A stretch of DNA of 64,000 nucleotides from Balanoglossus misakiensis (Eukaryota > Animalia > Hemichordata): positions 248,001 to 312,000 of the forward strand of contig JBECUI020000029.1 of assembly GCA_040954595.2 (NCBI GenBank). Direction: 5' to 3'. Position 1 is the first letter of the stretch. Every line of letters starts with the position of its first letter. The translations under genes and the position numbers were made by a program. This document shows, piece after piece, positions 49,301-60,887 of the stretch. Below the pieces are notes generated by a model. It was not told where the DNA came from and did not search any database. It saw only the letters and a program-made list of their open reading frames with translations.

Positions 49301-52300
49301 CACTAAAGCGCCCTCACTGCTGGGTGTGTTGTATGGTCTTTAACCCTGTTTCAAATTAGAGTACTTTCTGCAATTTCAAGACAGATCTTACGTGCCATTG
49401 GAGAGCTCCATTGACTGGTCATTCATACTGTTTTCATTCATTCATTGCGGCATCAATATATTTTATCTATTCTAGCCAAAGAGCTTGGCACCTGTTGAAA
49501 TGAACTCATCTGCTGTGGGCCAGTTTATTGGTGGCAGTTGAGCTGAGGAGAGCACCTTCCTTCCCGGCACGCCACCAAGTAAAGTTCCACGCCGCCCACC
49601 ACAGATGCCAGCATTCATTCATGCGAGTGAGTGTAATTGCAAATTTGCCTATTCTAGATCTGTAATGGAAATGGAGAAAGTACCTTATATTTTCTGTAAA
49701 ATAGACATTTAATTGGCAAGCCGTCCTGCATCAATTATTAATTGTGTACATGCACTAAAGCGCCCTCACTGCTGGGTGTGTTGTATGGTCTTTAACCCTG
49801 TTTCAAATTAGAGTACTTTCTGCAATTTCAAGACAGATCTTACGTGCCATTGGAGAGCTCCATTGACTGGTCATTCATACTGTTTTCATTCATTCATTGC
49901 GGCATCAATATATTTTATCTATTCTAGCCAAAGAGCTTGGCACCTGTTGAAATGAACTCATCTGCTGTGGGCCAGTTTATTGGTGGCAGTTGAGCTGAGG
50001 AGAGCACCTTCCTTCCCGGCACGCCACCAAGTAAAGTTCCACGCCGCCCACCACAGATGCCAGCATTCATTCATGCGAGTGAGTGTAATTGCAAATTTGC
50101 CTATTCTAGATCTGTAATGGAAATGGAGAAAGTACCTTATATTTTCTGTAAAATAGACATTTAATTGGCAAGCCGTCCTGCATCAATTATGAATTGTGTA
50201 CATGCACTAAAGCGCCCTCACTGCTGGGTGTGTTGTATGGTCTTTAACCCTGTTTCAAATTAGAGTACTTTCTGCAATTTCAAGACAGATCTTACGTGCC
50301 ATTGGAGAGCTCCATTGACTGGTCATTCATACTGTTTTCATTCATTCATTGCGGCATCAATATATTTTATCTATTCTAGCCAAAGAGCTTGGCACCTGTT
50401 GAAATGAACTCATCTGCTGTGGGCCAGTTTATTGGTGGCAGTTGAGCTGAGAAGAGCACCTTCCTTCCCGGCACGCCACCAAGTAAAGTTCCACGCCGCC
50501 CACCACAGATGCCAGCATTCATTCATGCGAGTGAGTGTAATTGCAAATTTGCCTATTCTAGATCTGTAATGGAAATGGAGAAAGTACCTTATATTTTCTG
50601 TAAAATAGACATTTAATTGGCAAGCCGTCCTGCATCAATTATGAATTGTGTACATGCACTAAAGCGCCCTCACTGCTGGGTGTGTTGTATGGTCTTTAAC
50701 CCTGTTTCAAATTAGAGTACTTTCTGCAATTTCAAGACAGATCTTACGTGCCATTGGAGAGCTCCATTGACTGGTCATTCATACTGTTTTCATTCATTCA
50801 TTGCGGCATCAATATATTTTATCTATTCTAGCCAAAGAGCTTGGCACCTGTTGAAATGAACTCATCTGCTGTGGGCCAGTTTATTGGTGGCAGTTGAGCT
50901 GAGCAGAGCACCTTCCTTCCCGGCACGCCACCAAGTAAAGTTCCACGCCGCCCACCACAGATGCCAGCATTCATTCATGCGAGTGAGTGTAATTGCAAAT
51001 TTGCCTATTCTAGATCTGTAATGGAAATGGAGAAAGTACCTTATATTTTCTGTAAAATAGACATTTAATTGGCAAGCCGTCCTGCATCAATTATGAATTG
51101 TGTACATGCACTAAAGCGCCCTCACTGCTGGGTGTGTTGTATGGTCTTTAACCCTGTTTCAAATTAGAGTACTTTCTGCAATTTCAAGACAGATCTTACG
51201 TGCCATTGGAGAGCTCCATTGACTGGTCATTCATACTGTTTTCATTCATTCATTGCGGCATCAATATATTTTATCTATTCTAGCCAAAGAGCTTGGCACC
51301 TGTTGAAATGAACTCATCTGCTGTGGGCCAGTTTATTGGTGGCAGTTGAGCTGAGAAGAGCACCTTCCTTCCCGGCACGCCACCAAGTAAAGTTCCACGC
51401 CGCCCACCACAGATGCCAGCATTCATTCATGCGAGTGAGTGTAATTGCAAATTTGCCTATTCTAGATCTGTAATGGAAATGGAGAAAGTACCTTATATTT
51501 TCTGTAAAATAGACATTTAATTGGCAAGCCGTCCTGCATCAATTATGAATTGTGTACATGCACTAAAGCGCCCTCACTGCTGGGTGTGTTGTATGGTCTT
51601 TAACCCTGTTTCAAATTAGAGTACTTTCTGCAATTTCAAGACAGATCTTACGTGCCATTGGAGAGCTCCATTGACTGGTCATTCATACTGTTTTCATTCA
51701 TTCATTGCGGCATCAATATATTTTATCTATTCTAGCCAAAGAGCTTGGCACCTGTTGAAATGAACTCATCTGCTGTGGGCCAGTTTATTGGTGGCAGTTG
51801 AGCTGAGGAGAGCACCTTCCTTCCCGGCACGCCACCAAGTAAAGTTCCACGCCGCCCACCACAGATGCCAGCATTCATTCATGCGAGTGAGTGTAATTGC
51901 AAATTTGCCTATTCTAGATCTGTAATGGAAATGGAGAAAGTACCTTATATTTTCTGTAAAATAGACATTTAATTGGCAAGCCGTCCTGCATCAATTATTA
52001 ATTGTGTACATGCACTAAAGCGCCCTCACTGCTGGGTGTGTTGTATGGTCTTTAACCCTGTTTCAAATTAGAGTACTTTCTGCAATTTCAAGACAGATCT
52101 TACGTGCCATTGGAGAGCTCCATTGACTGGTCATTCATACTGTTTTCATTCATTCATTGCGGCATCAATATATTTTACAGCCGAAATTATGAAAGGTCGC
52201 CGATTCAATATGTGATCTAGACGTCCTGTGTGCACTGAACACACGATGTGTTTATCTAACACAAACAACAGAACCTCTCATAAAAGAGATGCGGTATCAT

Positions 52301-52729
52301 TAGACTAATTACAGATGGTAGTCTGGAAACACGCTCCCCCTCAGAGAGAGTTGTTTACTTGGGTACGATGTCAAAGTTTAATCTCAAAGTGTATACGCTT
52401 TATGTTGAGAGTGTACCCAAGTAAACAACTCTCTCTGAGGGGGAGCGTGTTTCCAGACTACCATCTGTAATTAGTCTAATGATACCGCATCTCTTTTATG
52501 AGAGGTTCTGTTGTTTGTGTTAGATAAACACATCGTGTGTTCAGTGCACACAGGACGTCTAGATCACATATTGAATCGGCGACCTTTCATAATTTCGGCT
52601 GTATCTATTCTAGCCAAAGAGCTTGGCACCTGTTGAAATGAACTCATCTGCTGTGGGCCAGTTTATTGGTGGCAGTTGAGCTGAGGAGAGCACCTTCCTT
52701 CCCGGCACGCCACCAAGTACAGTTCCACG
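40359..52729 (+). repeat. Satellite array 2: about 29 monomers, mostly 452 bp
   Basis: Same monomer with the same start and end junctions as array 1, but about half the length. Confidence 0.97.
52178..52601. mobile_element. 424-bp foldback MITE (copy 2)
   Basis: Same sequence and same TA site as 31649-32072. Confidence 0.9.
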
Positions 52730-53116
52730 TGCATTCCTGGCCCTGGTTTTATTTATGTTTACAGACAATATTGCATTTTTGTACAAGTATTTTAATCAAC
52801 TATAAATTTTGAATGTGTCATTTACCTGAACCGGTCATGTTGACCAGAATGATACATTTCTGCCTTCACTCACCCTATAAATATGTGATTGAGACATAGG
52901 TCATTTGCATAAGCTAACATACCAGAAAGTAAGCATATCTGTTGTTTTCCCTGTGTCACTGCCATCAAAGTAAAAATTAGACGTTGTGTAGAGCAAACTC
53001 CAATTTTTTGTTCTCAATAAACATGGATGAATTACATAGAATGTGTTTGTTGTTTACAGTCTTTAAATGACACATTAGATTATGCACTTTACAAAACGTT
53101 TCTGAGAAACAAGTGA

Positions 53117-53611
53117 CTAACTAGTTTCTTTCCACTGTGGCCAACGTGGTTCACTGTTTGTGTCAGAATCTCTCTGTTTTGCAAGGATTTTGAAATCATA
53201 GTGGTGACATGCATAGTGAAAATCAGCTACTTTCAAATGTCCGTCATGTTCATGCTGTAATTGAATTTTCAAAGCTGGGCTGGCGTGTTTTTTCTTATTT
53301 ACATAAGTATCACACTTTATACATGTATCTTCATGGGGTTTTTTGAGTCCCGTATTTAGGTCCTCTCTCACAATTTTACGAAATATCGTATAACTGACAG
53401 TTGTTCTTCCCAGAAGAGATTGGTTGGTTATGAACTCTCGGTGTAACTGCGATATACTGTGGGCCGGCGCCAGGTACGGTTTAAATCGAGGATTCCTGCA
53501 GTAGTGAGATTCTACAATTCTGTGCCTGCGTACGTGTTCAGTGATATCAGTCAGCAAATTTGGATTGAGTTTCCGACGATGCCCTTTGTGTCGGCCCCTT
53601 GCATCTGGCAT
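53117..53611 (-). pseudogene. Truncated duplicate of transposase N-half (copy 3)
   Basis: Same protein as 184-678. Confidence 0.85.
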
Positions 53612-54018
53612 CAGACCAGTAAAGTTCCATGTGCATTCCTGGCCCTGGTTTTATTTATGTTTACAGACAATATTGCATTTTTGTACAAGTATTTTAATCA
53701 ACTATAAATTTTGAATGTGTCATTTACCTGAACCGGTCATGTTGACCAGAATGATACATTTCTGCCTTCACTCACCCTATAAATATGTGATTGAGACATA
53801 GGTCATTTGCATAAGCTAACATACCAGAAAGTAAGCATATCTGATGTTTTCCCTGTGTCACTGCCATCAAAGTAAAAATTAGACGTTGTGTAGAGCAAAC
53901 TCCAATTTTTTGTTCTCAATAAACATGGATGAATTACATAGAATGTGTTTGTTGTTTACAGTCTTTAAATGACACATTAGATTATGCACTTTACAAAACG
54001 TTTCTGAGAAACAAGTGA

Positions 54019-54975
54019 CTAACTAGTTTCTTTCCACTGTGGCCAACGTGGTTCACTGTTTGTGTCAGAATCTCTCTGTTTTGCAAGGATTTTGAAATCA
54101 TAGTGGTGACATGCATAGTGAAAATCAGCTACTTTCAAATGTCCGTCATGTTCATGCTGTAATTGAATTTTCAAAGCTGGGCTGGCGTGTTTTTTCTTAT
54201 TTACATAAGTATCACACTTTATACATGTATCTTCATGGGGTTTTCTGAGTCCCGTATTTAGGTCCTCTCTCACAATTTTACGAAATATCGTATAACTGAC
54301 AGTTGTTCTTCCCAGAAGAGATTGGTTGGTTATGAACTCTCGGTGTAACTGCGATATACTGTGGTCCGGCGCCAGGTACGGTTTAAATCGAGGATTCCTG
54401 CAGTAGTGAGATTCTACAATTCTGTGCCTGCGTACGTGTTCAGTGATATCAGTCAGCAAATTTGGATTGAGTTTCCGACGATGCCCTTTGTGTCGGCCCC
54501 TTGCATCTGGCATCAGACCAGTTGAACAGTGCATCATTTTGCTTAGAACGGTTCTAGTCCGCCTCTCACTAATGCCAAATAATTTCAGGAATGCATTTTT
54601 GCAGACAGTAACCGTTTCACCGCCTTCATTCACCAGGTGATAACGAACCGATTTCTTGTGTGACTTCATCTGCATATCCATCAGTTTGTAGAGCATCAAG
54701 TTCTGTTCATTATACACGCGACCATCAAAATATTTTCTCGTGGTGCCTAAAACATGCGTACTCCCAAGCTTCCGCAGACAATTCCCTTGAACGCAGGCGC
54801 ATTCCAAGGAAAGACTGTCAATATCTGGAAAAGGGCGATTTTTCCTTGGTTTTTGTCTCGGACACGTCTTTTTAGAATTCCTACGTGGCTTGTTGGCTCG
54901 AGCTGACAGTTCGGTTCTGCGTTGCTGCCACACAGGAATGGGTTCCCACGCATAAGCAACTCCCCGGCAGGCCAT
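54019..54975 (-). CDS. Sola1-like transposase N-half (copy 3)
   Basis: Same protein as copy 2. Confidence 0.75.
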   Translation of the reverse strand: MACRGVAYAWEPIPVWQQRRTELSARANKPRRNSKKTCPRQKPRKNRPFPDIDSLSLECACVQGNCLRKLGSTHVLGTTRKYFDGRVYNEQNLMLYKLMDMQMKSHKKSVRYHLVNEGGETVTVCKNAFLKLFGISERRTRTVLSKMMHCSTGLMPDARGRHKGHRRKLNPNLLTDITEHVRRHRIVESHYCRNPRFKPYLAPDHSISQLHREFITNQSLLGRTTVSYTIFRKIVREDLNTGLRKPHEDTCIKCDTYVNKKKHASPALKIQLQHEHDGHLKVADFHYACHHYDFKILAKQRDSDTNSEPRWPQWKETS

Positions 54976-55022
54976 GGTCACAGCTGAAGTATTTGTTCAA
55001 GTACTGACTGACTAAACGCGGC

Positions 55023-56156
55023 ATGGAACAAACGAACGAACGACTTCACGTTCGGAAAAAAAATCGTTGCGAGCTGTTGGGTGCATGCCTCTATAGTTGT
55101 CGGCAACCGTTCTTTTTTATTGCTAAACAATGCTGTCAGAGCATGGAAGGTGTGGTGGAAAACGAACAGAGGTTTTGTACGACCAACGATTGGATGGTGC
55201 TACATATGGACTTCCACAAGTCATTGCCGGTTCCTAAACTCAGCTCTGAAGACTTTTACTTTAAATCGAAATTGCAAATGAAGCTCCTTGGAATTTACAA
55301 CGGGACAACGGAAAAGATGCATTGTTATGTATGGACAGAGCTCGATAGCAGAAAGTCTCCCGATGAAGTTATTACCTGTCTAAATCACTTTTTTTATAAC
55401 TCGGGTGTGACCAGCAGACATGCAGTTATTTACAGCGACAACTGCCGTGCCGAATTCAAGTGTGGGAAGTTAATGTTTTACTATGACTATCTGTTACGAA
55501 AGGGCGTGTTTCGACGAATTGACTATAAAACTCTTGTGGCTGGACACACGTACTCCACCTGTGACCGAGTTTTTGCGTCCATTGAAAGGCATGCAAGTCG
55601 TTTCCAGAGTATAGAGACACCTCACGATTGGACATCTGTGATTCGAGGATCTTCTCTGAATGGGAACATTGGAGTTACGGAGATGACTCACAGAGACTTT
55701 TTCAATTATTCTGATTTCCTGAAAAATGAGTACGTTGTGCGTTATGCAGATACAAACAATGTAACTTTTTACTACCAAGCCATGCACTATTTTAATTTTG
55801 GAGAAGGAGAAAGGCTTGATACCGACGGCAACCTCAGAACATTTAGTCATGCAGATAAAGTTTGGGTGAGAACATCTCTAGATCCAAGCGAGACCCCGAT
55901 TGTAGTCGACTTTAGAAAGAAGAAGCAGAACCGGCGTTTACAAGATTGTACGCTGAACAAACTTTATCAGGAACGTCGACCACTGGCGAGCAAAGTTTGG
56001 CGGGATCTTCAGAGTTTAGCCAAAAATTACCTGTCTCCGGAGGCAATAGAATTTTATAGGAATCTACCGCTTCAGGAGAGTAGTGGCACCTCTGCAGACC
56101 CGTACGCCTTTCATGATGATGACGACGACGATGATGATGATATGGGCGGTGGTTGA
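55023..56156 (+). CDS. Sola1-like transposase catalytic half (copy 3)
   Basis: Same protein as 2090-3223. Confidence 0.8.
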   Translation: MEQTNERLHVRKKNRCELLGACLYSCRQPFFFIAKQCCQSMEGVVENEQRFCTTNDWMVLHMDFHKSLPVPKLSSEDFYFKSKLQMKLLGIYNGTTEKMHCYVWTELDSRKSPDEVITCLNHFFYNSGVTSRHAVIYSDNCRAEFKCGKLMFYYDYLLRKGVFRRIDYKTLVAGHTYSTCDRVFASIERHASRFQSIETPHDWTSVIRGSSLNGNIGVTEMTHRDFFNYSDFLKNEYVVRYADTNNVTFYYQAMHYFNFGEGERLDTDGNLRTFSHADKVWVRTSLDPSETPIVVDFRKKKQNRRLQDCTLNKLYQERRPLASKVWRDLQSLAKNYLSPEAIEFYRNLPLQESSGTSADPYAFHDDDDDDDDDMGGG

Positions 56157-56655
56157 ATAAACTGTCCTTTTCATGACGACAGTGATTTTGGATATTTGAT
56201 GTGCGTGCACAGTTTATATGTAATATTTTCACACGAACGAGTTTTGACTGAATTTGATTAAAGAATGTACTCGATAATTAACAAATGTGCTGAATCGTGG
56301 TTATTATGTTGTTAATTTTTGTTTGTTTGTTTGTTTGTTTGTTTGTTTGTTTGTTTGTAAACAATTTCCGTTCATTCAACTGGCTACAAAGTTGGATTTT
56401 TGTACTGGGAAGCGATAAACTCGCACATCAAAACCGGGGAGACTCGATCATTTTTCCCTGCAGGTAGCCTGAAAAGCACCCGGGCAGAGATTACGTCATA
56501 TATGGTCCACTTTAATACGAAATTATGCAAATGTGACATTTCACGGAAACGGCGTATATAAAAGCGACCCTGGGCTATTGTTCGGAATGCGTCATCGACG
56601 AGAGAGTGACTGATAATTCTTCTACCTCGAGTCAACCATTCTGTATATACTGAAC

Positions 56656-57996
56656 ATGGCTAGCTGGCGCAGGAAGAGACAAGGCAATGTGCGGTCTGTA
56701 ATCAACGAACGGCACCGCTCAGTTCAGTGTCCCTTTCTTCAAAAGTGGATCGGTGAGCAATTGGTATTTTCAGGTCGTTCAGAGGATGAAGTCCAGTCCA
56801 GTACTGTATTTGAGAGCTACAAATGTTGGGTTGAAAACTATTCGTCGGCGGACAATCAAGTAATGATTATGGTTACTAAAGCTCGATTTTTCAAGGTGAG
56901 AATGATCGCATTTTTCTTTCCCCCCCCCCCCTCCCTCCCTCCCTCCCTCCCCCAAGGGACTCGTTTTCTGTCTCTTTTAAACCTGTAACTTAACGAAAAG
57001 GAAGTTTTTCACATATCTCTTCGTTGACACTATAGCAATTTGGAGCGCGGATGCTTCAAGAGAAGAGCGTTACCAAATCAAAGTCGGCCGGGGTTAATAT
57101 TTATAGAGGTGTTCGTCTGAAAGCTGGTTCGCGAAGAATCTCAACGGGGAAACCTGAGCACAGTGTACTTCAGACCAGGGCAAGGGCATTTCTTGATGAC
57201 GCCAGCGTGACCGTTCCGATCGAGGTAAGAATGGTGTTTTGTTTGGACTAGGACAATAGAACGTTGCAATGAGTGTGTCAATGGGTGTCCAAGTGCAAAC
57301 GTGGTCTGCTTCTGTCCACAAATGCCATTAATTTTTGGCAGGATTTATAAAATTGTCAATGAAGAATACAAAAATGAAAAACAACAGTTAATAGCAAACT
57401 GGTAGGATTGCAAGGGCTTGTAAAACGGTACACACTGTACCAGGAAGTTTGCAACACTAATGAAGAATGTATATGATATATTTAGGTGAGAACTGTTCGC
57501 GATCGCCGGGACGCAGGACGGTGCGCGTTTTCGACGAGGGATATTCAAGCCTGGGACGTCGTCTGCGAATACCGGGGCACGGTTATTAGCGTTGAAGAAG
57601 CTAGTCGGCGTGATGAGCTTTACAGGGCAGAGGGGAAACGACCACGCATGTTCCATCTCTACATTGGAAAGAGACACGTTGTGTGAGTGTATCACTTAGT
57701 CGAATATATGGTCATATATTGCAAAGCATCTGTCGAAATAGAAAACGTAATATTGTCTATATTTTCCTCATTAACGCAGCATTGACGGATACGATGTCCC
57801 AGCCGGTGAAGAAAATTTAGCAGGCCTAATAAATCACAGTCAGCAGAACGCCAACTTGGTACCGGTTCGGATCGGAGAGCGCCTGGTTTTCTTTGCAACC
57901 AGGAATCTTTGTCAGGGAGTAGAGCTTTTGTATGATTACGGTGACGGGGGTGAAGAGGATTTCTTCAGTGGTTCTCAAACTTTTCCTGAAAATTAA
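56656..57996 (+). CDS. Winged-helix + SET methyltransferase, 4 exons (copy 3)
   Basis: Same exons and splice sites as copies 1 and 2. Confidence 0.85.
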
Positions 57997-58902
57997 GGCA
58001 TTAACACATCAACGCTTCGGGGTGTCGTAACGGCGGCGCGGCGGGGGGGGGGGGGGGGACGTGAAAATGTTTGTATCAGGAACAAAATTCCCGTGCAAAT
58101 CACCTTGATCCGGGTGGGTGGACTATTCGCGACAAATGTTGAAATCATACAAAGCATTTTACTTAATTAACCCATTTTTTTCATTTATTTGTTTACAGTT
58201 TACAACGTCATAGAGAAGTTGAACTAGAGACTGGATCAGCGTGGGTGACACCATAGTACACCAATGTTTTCTTCAGTTTGATTCAATTGTAATTTAAAAC
58301 TGAGATTGCCTAACGCTTTCCCAGATTTTTTTAACCACTGAGAAACTGTGGGTTTTTTTCTGGGTTTTGGTGCGAGGTGATCTCAGTCAGTGGTGTTAAT
58401 TTAATTAATCATTTTCTTTTCCTATTTACGTCGACTGAAATGTATTTTGATAGGTGATAGTCATACCATAAAAAAAATCTTACGGCGCGACTGCCAAAAT
58501 GTACATTTATTTGTCCGTTCCAAGTTATTTTGTGTATGTGTGATGGGTGCCGGTGACTGTGCAGGGTTGATTTCCCTAGAGCGACTGTTATATTCGTTTT
58601 CCAACGATGATGAATTTACATGTTATTTGCTTGGCATTTTGACGCAGAGACACTTCTGAAAACACAAACCTATTAATTATGCCACGGGTGTAAATTGATC
58701 ACATTAAAAGAGGCTTTAGACGTTTGCCGCGAGCTCCTGGTGGGCAGAATCTTGTCAGCCCAAATTTGACTATAAGTACATAGCCAATGATGTGACGCTC
58801 TCCCACATCCTTCGCCGCGCCTTTTCGCTGATTTACAGCATCTTGCGTAAACACTGTCATTTGATCTTGCTTGGCAGAAGTCAACTTGCTCTATACTACA
58901 TT

Positions 58903-59268
58903 ATGGCGGCCAAGCTCAACTGCATATCAGATAATGCCAAGGAGCGTTTGAGAGGCATCCTCGCCAGAAGGAGTCGCGTTTCCGGTGACTGTGTGCTCTG
59001 GACGGGTGCAGCTTGTCGAAACGGCTATGGCTCTATTACGTTCAGAGATGAGAACACTCTAACCGCCTATGTCCATCACATTGCACTCCTAATTAACGGA
59101 GTGCAATTGGTGGGCAGGCGGTTAGAGTGTTCTCATCTTTGCAACGAAAAGCTATGCATCCGCCCAGAGCACATTGTCCAGGAAACGCGACTCCTAAACA
59201 TTTCACGAAAGACGTGCTTTAAATCCCCAAAAGGGGAGTGTCACCACGATCCCAGGTGCCTAAGGTGA
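58903..59268 (+). CDS. His-Cys box endonuclease (copy 3)
   Basis: Same protein as 5964-6329. Confidence 0.85.
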   Translation: MAAKLNCISDNAKERLRGILARRSRVSGDCVLWTGAACRNGYGSITFRDENTLTAYVHHIALLINGVQLVGRRLECSHLCNEKLCIRPEHIVQETRLLNISRKTCFKSPKGECHHDPRCLR

Positions 59269-60887
59269 GTAATCCTCTTCTCATTTGATATGTATTGTGT
59301 GACCCTGCAGTTGAAACGCTTTCATCAATAATTTGCGGCGCGTGGGTAATCTCGGTGTTATTGACAATGCAGCCGGCCCAAACATTTTTAAATTAACACT
59401 GTTTCTGACTGTATTAACGAAATGTCCAATTTGCAAGTAGCCTATAGACAACCCTTTTGAATGAGTTTTGTCTCGTTGAGATTTTATACATAAGGAACAA
59501 TCTAGATTTATTTTAGAAGACACTGTTCTTTTAAAACAGCTAGCATAATACAGCTAAATTTCGGAATTTCCGGACAATTTTCGGAATTCCTTTTAAATTT
59601 GAGAAATTTTTCATCAGATATAAGTGTTACTATTTATTGGACATGTTTTTATCATTGTTTACTTTTTAAGGTCATTCTCACCCCCCCCCCCCCAAAAAAA
59701 GCCGCTTTAGGCTTCATGTTCAGTAAAAAATCTGGAAAGTTCAGCTGAATTTTACACTGATCACACATTTTTGGGAAGGTCTGGCGCAAAATAAAGGATG
59801 ACAAATGTAAATCTAATGTCACATTTGTAAACCTCTAAGTATTGTACACTCATTCTATTAAGTATATGCAAATAGTACGGATAATTTTTTCGGAATGTGG
59901 AATTCCGAAATTAGTTCGGAACGTGTTAGCAGTGAAGAGATCACCACTGAGGGTTGGAAGGCCTTGCCAGAAATTAACGCGTAAAGTACGCCCTCACAGG
60001 CCATGTAAACAAGGTCAAATAAGGCCGTCTGGCAAACGAATGATTAATTCAACGCGCCATTTGAGCCGAGCTGAGTTGGTCTGAGTTGCGTATCACACAG
60101 ACTTAGGCTGAATGTCAGTGGAGTAACCAGTCCGTTTTAGATTTACCAATGATGTGAATTTAATTTCTTCACCCAGAAAAACAGAACACAACTTGTCTGC
60201 AACATGATGCTGGAGGTGACACATGACAGAGAAGTGGATCCGCGTTGTCAACACAGATGCCAGCATTCAAAAGGGGAGTGCCACCTGCTAAAATCAACTC
60301 ATCTGCTGTTGGCCCATTTTACCTGTGGCAACTGTTCAGAGGAGACAACGTTTATTCCGTGCAAGCCAACACGCAATGTTGGGGTCTACCTGTCAACACA
60401 GATGCAAGCATTCATGTGAGTGAGTATCAGGACTGACCTTGTATTTGCTGAATAATTCATAATGCCTATTTTAGAATTCTTAGAGGCATTTGGAGTTCAT
60501 TGCCTGGTCAACCAAACTACACCCCTTAACAGCTGAAACAAAATGCGTATTGTGTTCATTCATTCATTGCATCAATATATATAGGCAACATGAGTATCAA
60601 GTAGCACTATTTGTTTACGATTGTATTCATGAAAACTTCCCACTAACAATTCCACAGTTAATATTGAACACATTTATCCAACAAGGTCAAAAGAAAAAGG
60701 GAATCTTCTGGTTCCAAAATACGCCACAAATGTGGGTCAACATACAGTGAAATATTATGGTGCTCAAATATGCAACATATCAAATCTGTCTCATCAAAGT
60801 CATGCTTTAAAAAAGAATTGAAAAGGTATTATTTATCCATTTGACTGCTGTATTTTCAGAAGGAAAACAAACTGAATTTGGTTTTTC

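Larger units (their letters stand above)
52730..60887. mobile_element. Gene block copy 3 (complete)
   Basis: Constant offset of 20529 from copy 2 across all ORFs. Confidence 0.8.
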
